A stretch of DNA of 64,000 nt from Minisyncoccota bacterium (GCA_028712445.1 JAQTPY010000001.1:50034-114033); one strand, 5' to 3'. Shown: positions 31,439 to 42,060, counted from the first letter of the stretch. Numbers and translations: made by a program. The notes: generated by a model from the sequence alone, not told the origin.

Positions 31439-32647
31439 TTAAGATATTTTGACGAACTTCCTTTTTCCCACCTGGACAAGCAATCCTTTTTTTATTTCTA
31501 TCTTGGCTTTCCAGTCCTCCTCAACTTTGCCTCCTATCTTCACTCCTTTTTGAACAATCATTCTCTTAGCTTCAGCTTTTGAAGAAACCAATTTTGCTTC
31601 AACAAGCAAATCTAGAATGTCCATTTCTTTTTCTTTGATGGGAACCTCGGGAATTTCCGACGGCAAACTGTTTTCTTTAAACACGCTTTCGAACTCTTCT
31701 TCTGCTTCTTTTGCCTCCTTTTCTCCGTGGCAAATTTCTACGATCTTTTTTGCCAGCATAGCTTTAGCGTCTCTGGGATTTGTCTTATTGTCTTTAATGT
31801 CCTTCTCTATCTTTCTAACGTCTTCTTCTGGAACATTTGTGCAGAGATCAAAGCCCGGGATAATTGATTCGTCCGGCCAGCTCATAATTTTGCCGTACAT
31901 GTCTTTCGGATCGTCATCCATATTCACCGCATTTCCCTCGGTCTTTCCCATCTTCTTTCCTTCGGGGCCCGTTAAAAGCTTCATTCCGAGAACAAACTTC
32001 TCTTTGTTTTTTAGGACTTTCATTAAATCTCTGCCGCAAAGCATATTGAAAAGCTGGTCTTTCCCTCCCACCTCTAAATCCACGTTCATGGCTACGCTGT
32101 CATATGCTTGAGCTAAAGGATAAAGGAATTCATGGAGGAATATCGGCTTCTTTTCCTTCAGCCTCTCCTGGAACATATCCCTGATTATCATCTGCTGGAC
32201 AGTGAAGTTTGAGGCCAGCTCTATTATATCCACAAAAGTCAGCTTGTCTGACCATTGACTATTGTACATTATCTTCGCAGGATTCTTTCCTTCAAAATCA
32301 AGGACTTTAGCAGCCATTTTCTTATAATTTCTGGCATTTGATTCAACCTCTTCCCTTGTTAATTTCTTTCTGGCAGCTGTTTTGTCTGTAGGATCTCCTA
32401 TCATTCCCGTAAAATCTCCTATAAGCATGATCACCTCGTGCCCCAGCTTCTGGAATTGAGCCAGCTTTCTTAAGGTGATCATGTGTCCGATGTGAAGGCG
32501 AGGAGAAGAAGGGTCATACCCGCAGTAAAGTTTTAAACGGGATCCTTTAACTAATTTCTTTTTCAAGCTTTCTGAAGAAGGGTAGATTATTTCCACCCCC
32601 CGGCTTAAAAGCTCCTCTATTTTCTGAGCGTCAGTATCTGTTTTCAT
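31439..32647 (-). CDS. tyrS: tyrosine--tRNA ligase
   Basis: GYDP..LHIGH, GDPT, YPL.Q.YD, GGKDQ, KMGKT, S4 domain. Confidence 0.96.
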   Translation of the reverse strand: MKTDTDAQKIEELLSRGVEIIYPSSESLKKKLVKGSRLKLYCGYDPSSPRLHIGHMITLRKLAQFQKLGHEVIMLIGDFTGMIGDPTDKTAARKKLTREEVESNARNYKKMAAKVLDFEGKNPAKIMYNSQWSDKLTFVDIIELASNFTVQQMIIRDMFQERLKEKKPIFLHEFLYPLAQAYDSVAMNVDLEVGGKDQLFNMLCGRDLMKVLKNKEKFVLGMKLLTGPEGKKMGKTEGNAVNMDDDPKDMYGKIMSWPDESIIPGFDLCTNVPEEDVRKIEKDIKDNKTNPRDAKAMLAKKIVEICHGEKEAKEAEEEFESVFKENSLPSEIPEVPIKEKEMDILDLLVEAKLVSSKAEAKRMIVQKGVKIGGKVEEDWKAKIEIKKGLLVQVGKRKFVKIS

Positions 32648-32733
32648 AATTTATTCATTTTAATACAATTATTATTTAATTGCCAACTCGTTTTAATTTT
32701 AGTAGAATTAGAAAGAATTCGGAAAACCTTCTG

Positions 32734-34731
32734 ATGAAATTCAATTTTTCAAAGACTCCTTTCAAAGCAAAATTTTTCCATCTCCGGGGAGTTATAAAAA
32801 CTTTTCTGCTGCTCTTTTCTTTTGGCGTTTTTGGTTTTTTTGTGATTTTTATTCTCTATGCCAAAGACCTTCCCAGGCCAGAAAGGTTCACTGAAAAACA
32901 ATTCATCCAATCCACTAAAATCTATGATCGGACTGGTGAAGTTTTGCTTTATGAAATTTACGGGGAGGAAAAAAGGACTTTGATTCCTTTTGACCAAATG
33001 CCCGAATATTTAAAGAAGGCCGTCATTGCCACGGAAGACGCTGATTTTTACAGCCATTTTGGCATTGACCTGAAGGGAATTTTAAGATCTGTCCTGATTA
33101 ATCTCAGGATTGGCTCCCTGACCTACGGCGGCTCCACTCTCAACCAGCAGCTCATACGGTCCACCTTTTTTTCAACTGAAAAAACGGCGGAAAGAAAGAT
33201 AAGGGAAATGATCCTGGCTCTGGAGCTAGACAGAAGGTATTCTAAAAACCAGATCTTTGAATGGTATTTAAACCAAGTTCCTTTCGGATTAAATAATTAC
33301 GGGGTGGAAGCTGCCAGTCAGACGTATTTTCAAAAACCGGCTTCTCAGATAAGCATCGAGGAAGCGGCTGTTTTGGCGGCCCTGATTCAAGCTCCCACTA
33401 AATATTCCCCTTATGGAGAAAACAAAGATCTCCTTTTAAAAAGAAAGGACTATGTTTTAAACAGAATGAGAGAAGAGGGATATATCTCTTCTGAAGAAGA
33501 GAAAGAAGCTAAGGAAAAAGAAATTGTTTTTAACAAGAGACCCATCCAAATTAAAGCTCCTTATTTTACTCTCTGGGTTAAAGACCAGCTGGAAAAGGAG
33601 TATGGCCAGGATTTTTTAATGAGGAACGGGTTGAAAATTTATACTTCTTTGGATTGGGAGATGCAAAAAATAGCTGAGGAAACAGCTTCATCCACTTCAA
33701 AAATAATAAGAAATTACAACGCTTATAATGAAGGACTGGTAGCGCTTAACCCCAAAACCGGTGAAGTTTTAGCAATGACCGTAGGAAACGGGGATTATTA
33801 CGCAGAACCCTATCCAAAAGGGTGCCAGTCGGGAGTGAGCTGTCTTTTTGATCCTAAATACAATGTTGTCACCGGCACTGAAAGAAATCCAGGACGGCAA
33901 CCAGGATCGGCATTTAAGCCGTTTGTTTATGCTACCGCCTTCAAAAAAGGATTTGACGATGGAACAGTGGTTATGGATGAGCCAACTAATTTCGGCTCCT
34001 GGGGGGATCAGGAATCTTACATTCCCCAAAATTACGACGGGCTCTTCAGGGGAGCAGTCACCCTCAGACAGTCTTTAGCTCAGTCTTTGAATGTTCCTTC
34101 GGTTAAGGTTCTGCTCGAGCTTGCCGATTCTCCGGAAAAATTCAGAAAAGCAGGAGAAGAACCTGATTCAATTAAAACTGCGAAGGATCTGGGAATCACT
34201 ACTTTAAAGCCCCCTTACGGGCCTGCTTTGGTCCTGGGAGGTTGGGAAGTTAAGCTTTTGGACATGACTTCAGCTTACGGCGGTTTTGCCTCTAATGGCC
34301 TTGTAGTGCCTCCTGTTTCAATTTTAAAAATTGTTGACAGCCAGGGAAATATACTTAAAGAAAATAAGAAAACATTAAAAAGAGTTCTGCCCGAAAATGC
34401 AGCCCTTCTCATAAACAGCATTCTCTCAGACAATGAAGCTCGGGCTCCTATGTTCGGTTTAAACTCCAATCTCTATTTCCCGGGATACGAAGTGGCTGCC
34501 AAAACAGGAACCACTCAGGACTATAAAGACACCTGGACAATAGGATATACTCCTTCCATTGTTGTCGGAACTTGGGCTGGGAACAGCAATAATGAATCTG
34601 TCGGGGAGAAGCCGGCAGTCTCTGTCGCAGGATATGTTTTCCGCTCTTTCATGGAAAAAGCATTGACCATGGTCCCCAAAGAAGATTTTAAAAAACCTGG
34701 CTCTGGCCAACCAGGACAACCATCTTTCTAA
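32734..34731 (+). CDS. class A penicillin-binding protein
   Basis: TED..FY.H.G, GGSTL.QQL, RKIRE; SAFK, SLN, KTGT. Confidence 0.93.
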   Translation: MKFNFSKTPFKAKFFHLRGVIKTFLLLFSFGVFGFFVIFILYAKDLPRPERFTEKQFIQSTKIYDRTGEVLLYEIYGEEKRTLIPFDQMPEYLKKAVIATEDADFYSHFGIDLKGILRSVLINLRIGSLTYGGSTLNQQLIRSTFFSTEKTAERKIREMILALELDRRYSKNQIFEWYLNQVPFGLNNYGVEAASQTYFQKPASQISIEEAAVLAALIQAPTKYSPYGENKDLLLKRKDYVLNRMREEGYISSEEEKEAKEKEIVFNKRPIQIKAPYFTLWVKDQLEKEYGQDFLMRNGLKIYTSLDWEMQKIAEETASSTSKIIRNYNAYNEGLVALNPKTGEVLAMTVGNGDYYAEPYPKGCQSGVSCLFDPKYNVVTGTERNPGRQPGSAFKPFVYATAFKKGFDDGTVVMDEPTNFGSWGDQESYIPQNYDGLFRGAVTLRQSLAQSLNVPSVKVLLELADSPEKFRKAGEEPDSIKTAKDLGITTLKPPYGPALVLGGWEVKLLDMTSAYGGFASNGLVVPPVSILKIVDSQGNILKENKKTLKRVLPENAALLINSILSDNEARAPMFGLNSNLYFPGYEVAAKTGTTQDYKDTWTIGYTPSIVVGTWAGNSNNESVGEKPAVSVAGYVFRSFMEKALTMVPKEDFKKPGSGQPGQPSF

Positions 34732-34733
34732 AC

Positions 34734-34761
34734 AAAAAAGGGCGGTTAAGCCCTCTTTTTT
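34734..34761. terminator. terminator between convergent PBP gene and dnaN
   Basis: aaaaaagggc-ggttaa-gccctctttttt. Confidence 0.6.
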
Positions 34762-34777
34762 ATTAACCTATTTAACA

Positions 34778-35923
34778 TTATCCTGCCTTGATGGGCATTA
34801 CCAGATACAGATAACTGTCTTCGTTTTTTGATTTCAGGACTCCTGCTTTTTCTGAACCATTAAGGCCAAAAACCACCTCTTTTTTCTTGTCTCCGGAAAT
34901 CATGTTCAGGAGGCCGTCTAACAAAAAGCGGTAGTTAAAAGACGTCTCGCAGGGCTTTCCCTCTATTTTTGCAGCCACTGAGCTGTTATACTCCCCAACA
35001 TCCGGATTCTGGCTGAAAATATTGAGCAATCCCTTTTCCGGATCTGCTTTTAATTTAACTTCGTTTATTTTCCCTGAAAAAAGAGAGGCCATTTTAATCT
35101 GGTTGGCAAATTCATCCGCAGCCAAAGCGATCTTCGTTTCGTAGGTCTTAGGAATAATCTCTGTATAATTAGGATAATCCCCTTCAATTAAACGGGAAGT
35201 AAGCTGAATCTGAGGATGATTTGTTTCAGAAAGAAGACTTTCGAATAAAACCTGATTCGGAGAAAAATAGATCGACATGCTGCCTTCTTTGTCTCCAAAA
35301 ATATTAATCACTTCCTTGGCCGCTCTTTGAGGGAGAATAAAAGAATAGTCTTTGGTTATTTTGGAAGCTGAATCAGGCAAGAATAATTTCTTTTCTCCTA
35401 ATCTAAAACTGTCAGTGGCTGTCATCGTCACTTGGTTTCCTTGAAAGAGAAAATAGACCCCGGAAATTTCCACCTTAGTTGAAGATAAGCTGGCGATATC
35501 CACAACCTTGCTTAAACTTTGGCAGAACAGCTGATTCCCAACCACTATCTTTTCTTCTGTGGAAATTTTGGGAATAATTGGAAACTCTTCAGGATCGACC
35601 CCTTTTATCAGGGTTTTATAATTATCCGATTCAATTTCCAGATTTAAATCTTTAACACCAAATTGTATCGGTTTATTGGGGAGAAGATTAATAAAACTTG
35701 AAAGAATTTTTGCAGGAACTGCAATTTTTCCTTCTTTTTCAGTTTTAACCAAAGACCACCAGTTAATTCCGATTTCCAAATCCGTGGTAGTCAGATTAAT
35801 AAAGTTTTTTTCTGTTTTAATTAAGACCGTGTCTAAAATTGGCAGAGTCAAAGATCTGCCCGCGACCCGTTCAACAACACTAATACCTTCTTTTAATTTA
35901 TCTTTTAATATTATTGTTTTCAT
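34778..35923 (-). CDS. dnaN: DNA polymerase III beta clamp
   Basis: LPIL, TDLEI, ATDSFRL, SRLIEGDYPNY, LVMPI. Confidence 0.97.
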   Translation of the reverse strand: MKTIILKDKLKEGISVVERVAGRSLTLPILDTVLIKTEKNFINLTTTDLEIGINWWSLVKTEKEGKIAVPAKILSSFINLLPNKPIQFGVKDLNLEIESDNYKTLIKGVDPEEFPIIPKISTEEKIVVGNQLFCQSLSKVVDIASLSSTKVEISGVYFLFQGNQVTMTATDSFRLGEKKLFLPDSASKITKDYSFILPQRAAKEVINIFGDKEGSMSIYFSPNQVLFESLLSETNHPQIQLTSRLIEGDYPNYTEIIPKTYETKIALAADEFANQIKMASLFSGKINEVKLKADPEKGLLNIFSQNPDVGEYNSSVAAKIEGKPCETSFNYRFLLDGLLNMISGDKKKEVVFGLNGSEKAGVLKSKNEDSYLYLVMPIKAG

Positions 35924-36025
35924 TGTGTAAAACTTTTTCCTTAAAGCTAATTTGTTCTTAAATTATCTAGTTGTTTCACGGTTTAAAATTTGGGGAAAAA
36001 AATTAAGTCGCCATTTATCCCCAGC
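35924..36025. promoter_or_regulatory. probable oriC element (dnaA-dnaN intergenic)
   Basis: DnaA-box-like tgtgtaaaa 35924, tggggaaaa 35991, ttatcccca 36015 in an AT-rich gap. Confidence 0.6.
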
Positions 36026-37375
36026 TTATGCAGTGTATATGCGTTGTTTAATTAAGTTAATTTCGTTTGAAAAGTTCTCATCTTTTTCTAATTCTTTCAC
36101 AATTTTTCCACAGGCGTGGATTGCGGTTGTGTGGTCTTTTCCCCCAAATTTTCTGCCAATAAAAGGATAGGAACTTTTTAATTCTTCCCTCAAAAGGAAC
36201 ATGGCAATCTGGCGGGGCCTAACAATCTCTTTTTTTCTGGAAGAAGAGAGCAATTCCTTTTCTCTAAGATCATAGAATTCAGCCACGGTTTGAATGATTT
36301 TTGCCGGATTGGCCAATTTGCTGGGAGAAATTAGGATGTTTTTTAAAAGAGATTTTATTGTCTCTAATTCAGGTATCTGGTTGTTTATTCTCTGATAGGC
36401 AATTATTCTGTTTAAAGCCCCCTCCAACTCTCTAATGTTTCTTTGGATATTAGCTGCAATATAATCAAGGATTTCATCAGAAAGATTGACTCCTTTTTCT
36501 AAGCTTTTTGTTTTTAAAATTGCCACTCTCATTTCATAATCAGGATAACTGATGTCTCCGATCATTCCTCCTTCAAATCGAGACCTGAGCCTTTCTGCTA
36601 AGGCGGGAATGGCTTTGGGAGGACGGTCAGAAGAGAGGATTATCTGTTTGTTCGTTTCATATAAAGCGTTAAAGGTATGAAAAAATTCTTCTTGGGTTTT
36701 TTCCTTTCCGGCCAGGAATTGGATGTCGTCTAAAATCAAAATATCAAAAGCCCTGTATTTTGCTTTGAAATTTTCAACGTCTTGGTTCCTAATTGAGGAA
36801 ACCAGGCCTGCGGTAAATTTTTCAGTAGGGATATATTTGATCTTTTTTTGCGGGAAGTTTTTGATAACTGCATTTCCTATGGACTGTAAAAGATGGGTCT
36901 TCCCGAGTCCTACCCCGCCGTATATAAAAAGAGGATTATAAACAAGCCCGGGCTTCTGAGATACTGCCCAGGCGGCTGCGTGGGCTAATTCGTTAGAAGG
37001 ACCCACTACAAAATTTTCAAAGTTATATTTAGGATTAAGGTTGGTTTCTCTGTCTACCTGAAGTTCTTCAAATTCCATCTGACCGGGGACAGTAAGGGGA
37101 GGCAATTCTTTTTTTACCGCTCTTACTTCGGCCTTGCCCACAGAATATTTAACTTCTTTGATTTCCTTGTCAAGGTTGAACAAAATTTTTAGAATCGTTT
37201 TTCCGTATTTATTTTCCAGCCATTCCTTAGCAAAAGAATTAGGGACAGAGACCATTATTTGGCCATCCTTAGAGGAGACAATATTTGTCTCCTTAAACCA
37301 AGTGGCAAAATTGGCTTGGGATATATTTAATTGAATTTGGGCAAGAACCGCTTGCCAAAGCTCTTCTTTTGTCAT
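36026..37375 (-). CDS. dnaA: chromosomal replication initiator
   Basis: YNPLFIYGGVGLGKTHL, DDIQF, RSRF.GG, RELEGA, DHTT. Confidence 0.98.
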   Translation of the reverse strand: MTKEELWQAVLAQIQLNISQANFATWFKETNIVSSKDGQIMVSVPNSFAKEWLENKYGKTILKILFNLDKEIKEVKYSVGKAEVRAVKKELPPLTVPGQMEFEELQVDRETNLNPKYNFENFVVGPSNELAHAAAWAVSQKPGLVYNPLFIYGGVGLGKTHLLQSIGNAVIKNFPQKKIKYIPTEKFTAGLVSSIRNQDVENFKAKYRAFDILILDDIQFLAGKEKTQEEFFHTFNALYETNKQIILSSDRPPKAIPALAERLRSRFEGGMIGDISYPDYEMRVAILKTKSLEKGVNLSDEILDYIAANIQRNIRELEGALNRIIAYQRINNQIPELETIKSLLKNILISPSKLANPAKIIQTVAEFYDLREKELLSSSRKKEIVRPRQIAMFLLREELKSSYPFIGRKFGGKDHTTAIHACGKIVKELEKDENFSNEINLIKQRIYTA

Positions 37376-37397
37376 ATCACGAATGTCATATCACGAA
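37370..37397. repeat. 14-bp tandem duplication over the dnaA start
   Basis: tgtcatatcacgaa x2. Confidence 0.85.
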
Positions 37398-37477
37398 AAG
37401 CTAGTTAACATTTCCCATGATAACACATGTCAAATTAAAATAGAATTAACGTAAAATACGAATAAAATAAAGTATTC

Positions 37478-37508
37478 TGTTGAAAAAATGAGGAAAAAGT
37501 GTGCAAAA
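37478..37508. promoter_or_regulatory. three phased DnaA-box-like sites upstream of dnaA
   Basis: tgttgaaaa 37478, tgaggaaaa 37489, tgtgcaaaa 37500 (11-bp period). Confidence 0.55.
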
Positions 37509-37549
37509 CTAGGAGACTTTTTATGGCTTAAATCGCAACGATCGGCAAA

Positions 37550-37578
37550 TTGACTTATCTCTGCCTTGTTGCTAAAAT
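37550..37578 (+). promoter_or_regulatory. sigma70 promoter of rpmH (near-leaderless)
   Basis: TTGACT-17-TAAAAT, with 9 nt between it and the ATG. Confidence 0.65.
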
Positions 37579-37587
37579 AAACCCACT

Positions 37588-37725
37588 ATGTCTATTACTT
37601 ACCACGGAAAAAGAAAAAAAAGAAGTAGGACGCATGGCTTCATGAAAAGAATGGAAACAAAGTTCGGAAAGAGGGTTCTCTCTAAACGAAGAGCTAAGGG
37701 AAGAAAGAAATTAGTAACCGTTTAA
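37588..37725 (+). CDS. rpmH: 50S ribosomal protein L34 (absent from ORF track)
   Basis: MSITYHGKRKKRSRTHGFMKRMETKFGKRVLSKRRAKGRKKLVTV; canonical position. Confidence 0.95.
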   Translation: MSITYHGKRKKRSRTHGFMKRMETKFGKRVLSKRRAKGRKKLVTV

Positions 37726-37741
37726 AGCGTTTCAAGGTCAG

Positions 37742-38083
37742 ATGTTGTCTAAAGAAAACCGGCTTCAGAAAAAGAAGGATTTTGAGAATGTTTTTAAGCA
37801 AGGAAAAAGCTATAAAGAAAAGTTTCTAATTTTAAAAACAGCAAAAAATGATCTCAACGTCCCCCGTTTCGGTTTTGTTGTATCTCAGAAGGTTTCCAAA
37901 AAAGCCACCATCAGAAATAAAATTAGGAGAAGGTTGAAGGTAATTCTGTCTGGCGAGCTGAAAAACGAAGCAATCGGCGGGAAAGATTTTCTTTTTATTG
38001 CCTTGCCAGGATTGGCAAACAAAGATTTTGAGGAGCTGAGAGAGATTTTTTCCAAAGTTTACAAAAAATCAAAAAGCGCATGA
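37742..38083 (+). CDS. rnpA: ribonuclease P protein component
   Basis: [28 protein letters not shown]. Confidence 0.95.
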   Translation: MLSKENRLQKKKDFENVFKQGKSYKEKFLILKTAKNDLNVPRFGFVVSQKVSKKATIRNKIRRRLKVILSGELKNEAIGGKDFLFIALPGLANKDFEELREIFSKVYKKSKSA

Positions 38084-38289
38084 TCAAAAAAATCTTTTTA
38101 AATACAATCACGTTTTATCAAAAATTTATTTCCCCTGTTTTGGGAAAAAATTGCAGATTTTATCCAAGCTGCTCAAATTACGCTCTTGTGGCTATGGAAA
38201 AATACGGTTTGCTCAAAGGGATGATTTTAGCGACAAAAAGACTATTAAAGTGCCATCCTCTGCATAGCGGAGGCATAGATTTACCCTAA
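38080..38289 (+). CDS. yidD: membrane protein insertion efficiency factor
   Basis: [23 protein letters not shown]. Confidence 0.95.
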   Translation: MIKKIFLNTITFYQKFISPVLGKNCRFYPSCSNYALVAMEKYGLLKGMILATKRLLKCHPLHSGGIDLP

Positions 38290-39023
38290 TGGAATTTTTT
38301 AAAGAAATTTTTATTACAGTTTTGTACCAGCCATTGTTTAACGCTCTGGTTTTTCTTTATCAGTATTTGCCTGGGAAAGACTTTGGAGTGGCCATTATTG
38401 TTTTGACGCTTTTAATAAGGATTTTAGTTTATCCTTTAATGGTAAAATCCTTGAAGTCCCAAAAGCAGGGAATGGAGCTTCAGCCAAAAATAAAAGAGAT
38501 TCAGAATAAATATAAGGACGATAAGGAAAAACAGACCAAAGCATTAATGGAGCTTTATCAGAAAGAAAAGATCAATCCTTTCGGCGGATGTCTGCCCCTT
38601 TTGGTCCAGCTCCCCATTCTTATTGCCCTTTATCGGGTTTTTTGGAGAGGACTAGATCCGGGTACTCTTAATTATCTTTACAGTTTTGTTCCTAATCCGG
38701 GAGTAATCGACCCTAATTTTATTGGATTAATAAATCTGTCTCAGCCCAACATGGTCATTACCGTGATTGCCGGGTTTCTTCAGTTTCTCCAGGGAAAAAT
38801 GTTTGCCCCTAAAATGGGAGGATCTTCCGGAGACGGGAAGAAAGACCTTATGTCAGACATAATGAAAAAGCAAACAATCTATTTTTTTCCTTTAATTACA
38901 GTTGTGTTTCTATTTAGACTCCCCTCGGCAATTGGTATTTACTGGATAGTGACAACCCTGTTTTCTATTGGACAACAATATTTCATTTTTAAGCAGAAAA
39001 AAAATGAGCCAGAAAAATCTTAA
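38289..39023 (+). CDS. yidC: YidC/Oxa1 membrane protein insertase
   Basis: LQPKIKEIQ, NPFGGCLP..Q.PI, YW. Confidence 0.95.
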   Translation: MEFFKEIFITVLYQPLFNALVFLYQYLPGKDFGVAIIVLTLLIRILVYPLMVKSLKSQKQGMELQPKIKEIQNKYKDDKEKQTKALMELYQKEKINPFGGCLPLLVQLPILIALYRVFWRGLDPGTLNYLYSFVPNPGVIDPNFIGLINLSQPNMVITVIAGFLQFLQGKMFAPKMGGSSGDGKKDLMSDIMKKQTIYFFPLITVVFLFRLPSAIGIYWIVTTLFSIGQQYFIFKQKKNEPEKS

Positions 39024-39462
39024 TGTAATAAAAAAAGCAATTCAAGAATTTTTTGAAAAAGCTAATTTTGAGGTGGACATAGAAAGCGTGAAAGAAAGTG
39101 AAGATACTGTTTTTGTGAGTTTAAAAATGGAAGAACCCCAGGTTTTAATCGGGGAAGGAGGGCAAACCCTAAACGAACTTCAGCATCTTTTAAAGCTCAT
39201 AATAAAAAGAAAAGCGGAAAGCTTGTTCTATTTAGATTTGGATATCAATAACTACAAGAAAAAAAAGATAGAATATCTCAAGGAATTGGCCGTATCTACG
39301 GCAAATGAAGTTTCTTTAATGAGAAAAGAAAAAGAACTTCCTCCAATGACGGCTTATGAGAGAAGGGTCGTTCATATGGAATTGGCTAGCAGAGAAGATG
39401 TGATGACGGAAAGTATTGGAGAGGAACCGGAAAGAAGATTGATAATTAAACCTCGTCCTTAG
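39004..39462 (+). CDS. jag: Jag/EloR-like KH-R3H RNA-binding protein
   Basis: LIGEGG.TL..LQ; ERRVVH; SIGEEP.R; canonical position. Confidence 0.88.
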   Translation: MSQKNLNVIKKAIQEFFEKANFEVDIESVKESEDTVFVSLKMEEPQVLIGEGGQTLNELQHLLKLIIKRKAESLFYLDLDINNYKKKKIEYLKELAVSTANEVSLMRKEKELPPMTAYERRVVHMELASREDVMTESIGEEPERRLIIKPRP

Positions 39463-39464
39463 TA

Positions 39465-39857
39465 TTAAAAATTTAAATTGGGTGAGTCCAACATCAAAAC
39501 GTCGGGATTGACGATACGAAGCAAAATTACAGATCCCAACAAAAGAAGAATTCCGATCAAAGCAGATTTGATTATATCGGTGGCATCTTTTTGAGTAGTT
39601 GGGTTGCCGGAAGAAGACATGTATTTGATTCCGCCATAGACTATCATTGTAAAAGCCAAAAGACCTGAGATGGCAACGGCAAAATTAAAAATATATTGTA
39701 TCAATTGGGGAAGGGTGGCTACAAGATTCCCGTTCTCAGAAATTTTCACGCCTCCTGGCAGTTCTGGCCAATCGATTTCCGCCCTTAGGGCGAGAAGAGC
39801 AAAAAGCTCTTTTTTTGTTTTCAGAAACTTCATCATGATCTTTAGACAATATAACAT
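39465..39857 (-). CDS. VirB2/TrbC-like pilin
   Basis: IVYGGIKYMSSSGNP....A...I..ALIG. Confidence 0.75.
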   Translation of the reverse strand: MLYCLKIMMKFLKTKKELFALLALRAEIDWPELPGGVKISENGNLVATLPQLIQYIFNFAVAISGLLAFTMIVYGGIKYMSSSGNPTTQKDATDIIKSALIGILLLLGSVILLRIVNPDVLMLDSPNLNF

Positions 39858-39885
39858 TTTTTCTTTTACATTAAAAATCTCAATT

Positions 39886-40263
39886 TCACATTAATAATCT
39901 TATAAGCCACGTGGGCAGAATGTCGCTGACTCCGGGGATTCTTTCTATAATGAAAGGCATAATCATCCCCTGGAAAGGTATTTTTGCTATTAAAGCCAGT
40001 AGAACTATAAAAATCACTTCCAGGAGCAGCTCCCAGGTCAAGGTATCTATGCCCAACCCCGGAATTAAATCTATTAACTCCATTATGCCAGCAAAAAAGA
40101 GCAAGATTATTCCTCCGGGCGAAAAAAGAACGTCTTGAGGGATTTTTTTAAACCATTTGCCGCGGGACCCTGTTTTTCTTCCCGGAGTATTTGTGTTTTG
40201 GACGTCGGCCTCAGGTTGGACAGGATTTTGAACAGGAGTCAGGTTGTCGTTTTTTTCTGCCAT
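39886..40263 (-). CDS. small membrane protein in T4SS-like cluster
   Basis: Hydrophobic; IE.IPG..DILPTW. Confidence 0.7.
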   Translation of the reverse strand: MAEKNDNLTPVQNPVQPEADVQNTNTPGRKTGSRGKWFKKIPQDVLFSPGGIILLFFAGIMELIDLIPGLGIDTLTWELLLEVIFIVLLALIAKIPFQGMIMPFIIERIPGVSDILPTWLIRLLM

Positions 40264-40266
40264 GAA

Positions 40267-42048
40267 TTATTGCGAACCTTTGGCTCTTTTGATTTTTATT
40301 AATTCTTCAGGGGAAGTAGTGATAAACTGATCTTCGACATAGGAAGCGACAACTTTAATTGCCACATGTTTCTGGCCTGCAAAAAATATTCCTTCTCCCA
40401 CTTCTGCTTCCAATAGGGTGTTTTTTTCTTCTTGGGTTAAATTGAAAGTTTCCTGGAGAATATCTATTGTCGCCGGGCTTTGTTTCATTAAAATTTGCAT
40501 AGAAGAGTTGGTGATTATGGGTTTTCCATAATCAGATTTCATAAAATCTCCCACATCCTGGGTAATAGTCGTCACTCCAAGCCAATATTTTCTTGCCCTT
40601 TTGCAAATGCCATAAAGGAAAGAAGCTCCGTCATCAGATTGAACCATCCACCATGCTTCATCGACAACCAATATCCTCTTTTTTAATTCTGATCTGACTT
40701 TATTCCAGATATATCTCATAATAATGAACATTGCCATCGGGCGCAGCTCATCTTCCATGTCTCTTATTCCGAAAACAACGAAAGGAACGTCTGTGGAAAT
40801 ATTGGTGGGCTGGTTAAAGAAGCTGGCGAAACTGCCTTCGGTGAATTTTTTAACTCTTCGGACCAGAGACTCAGACCCCTCCATTCCGTTTAAAACTTCC
40901 TCAAGGTCAGACATTAAAGGGATTTTTTCTTTCCAAGTTAAAGGATCGCTTTCGGGAGTAATGTCTTTTAAGGCATAGGTTTGACTCAAGGCCTGGTCAA
41001 TAATGGCATCTTCTTCCGGGGTTAATCCCCCAAGCATTATTCTTAATAACCCTACCAAGTTGATAATATTTGAACGCAAAACTTCTTCGGGCCTCTCGTC
41101 TTCTCTTGGAGCGGGCAAGTCAAAAGGATTAATGTGGTTGGGAGAAGAGAGAGACATATTAAAGAAGGAACCGCCAACTCCTTCAGCCAGATGCTTGTAT
41201 TCATTTTCCGGATCAAGAACAATTACGTCTGACCCCATCATTAAAGAGCGGAGGATTTCCAGTTTTATCGCGTAGGATTTTCCGGAACCTGATTTTGCAA
41301 AAACAATGGAGTTTGCGTTTTCCAGACTGAAACGGTCAAACAATATTAAAGAATTATTGTGCAGATTTATTCCGTACAATATTCCGTCATTTGAGCTCAG
41401 GTCAAAGGAAACAAAAGGAAAAGAGCTCGAAAGAGAACCTGTGTCCATGGTGGTGTGAACGTTAACCTGGTCTAGTCCGTAAGGGGCGGTGGAATTAAAC
41501 CCTTCTTCCTGCTGGTAGAGAGCAGGCTTTATATATATTAATCTTGATTCCAATATTGACCTTAAGGTGGTTTCAACGTTCTTTATTTCCTCTAAGGTTT
41601 TTCCGTAAACCGTAAGATAGAGCCCGAATTCAAACATTCTTTCCTGGGCAGTCATTAATTTATCTCTCAACATCTCAAGGTCTTGGTAGGCCACCTCTAG
41701 GGCAGGATCCCTCACCTCCCCTTTTTCTTGTTTATCTATAAGCTCGGCTTCAACTTCAGTCACTCTTTTTCTTAATTTTTTCAATACTGTTCCTGTGTCA
41801 ATCGGGGTGATATGCAAGCTGATATCCATAGGAGTGTCGAGGTTGATTACCGGGGCAAACCAGGCGGTATTAAGATATCTGGGGTATGAAAAAATAAAGA
41901 AAGATTTTGCGAATCTTTTGCCAAACTCCAAATGATCGGGTTTTACAACAATAGAAGACGGGGCAATAATGTCTTTGGAATCAAGGGCATTTGCCTCAAA
42001 TAGTTTTTCAGGCTCAACGCTCTTCTTTTTAAAAAATGGAAAAGGCAT
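40267..42048 (-). CDS. VirB4-like ATPase
   Basis: AKSGSGKS, DPENEY, INPFD, VVDEAW, RARKY, TQDV. Confidence 0.9.
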   Translation of the reverse strand: MPFPFFKKKSVEPEKLFEANALDSKDIIAPSSIVVKPDHLEFGKRFAKSFFIFSYPRYLNTAWFAPVINLDTPMDISLHITPIDTGTVLKKLRKRVTEVEAELIDKQEKGEVRDPALEVAYQDLEMLRDKLMTAQERMFEFGLYLTVYGKTLEEIKNVETTLRSILESRLIYIKPALYQQEEGFNSTAPYGLDQVNVHTTMDTGSLSSSFPFVSFDLSSNDGILYGINLHNNSLILFDRFSLENANSIVFAKSGSGKSYAIKLEILRSLMMGSDVIVLDPENEYKHLAEGVGGSFFNMSLSSPNHINPFDLPAPREDERPEEVLRSNIINLVGLLRIMLGGLTPEEDAIIDQALSQTYALKDITPESDPLTWKEKIPLMSDLEEVLNGMEGSESLVRRVKKFTEGSFASFFNQPTNISTDVPFVVFGIRDMEDELRPMAMFIIMRYIWNKVRSELKKRILVVDEAWWMVQSDDGASFLYGICKRARKYWLGVTTITQDVGDFMKSDYGKPIITNSSMQILMKQSPATIDILQETFNLTQEEKNTLLEAEVGEGIFFAGQKHVAIKVVASYVEDQFITTSPEELIKIKRAKGSQ

Positions 42049-42060
42049 AAATTCTTTAAT

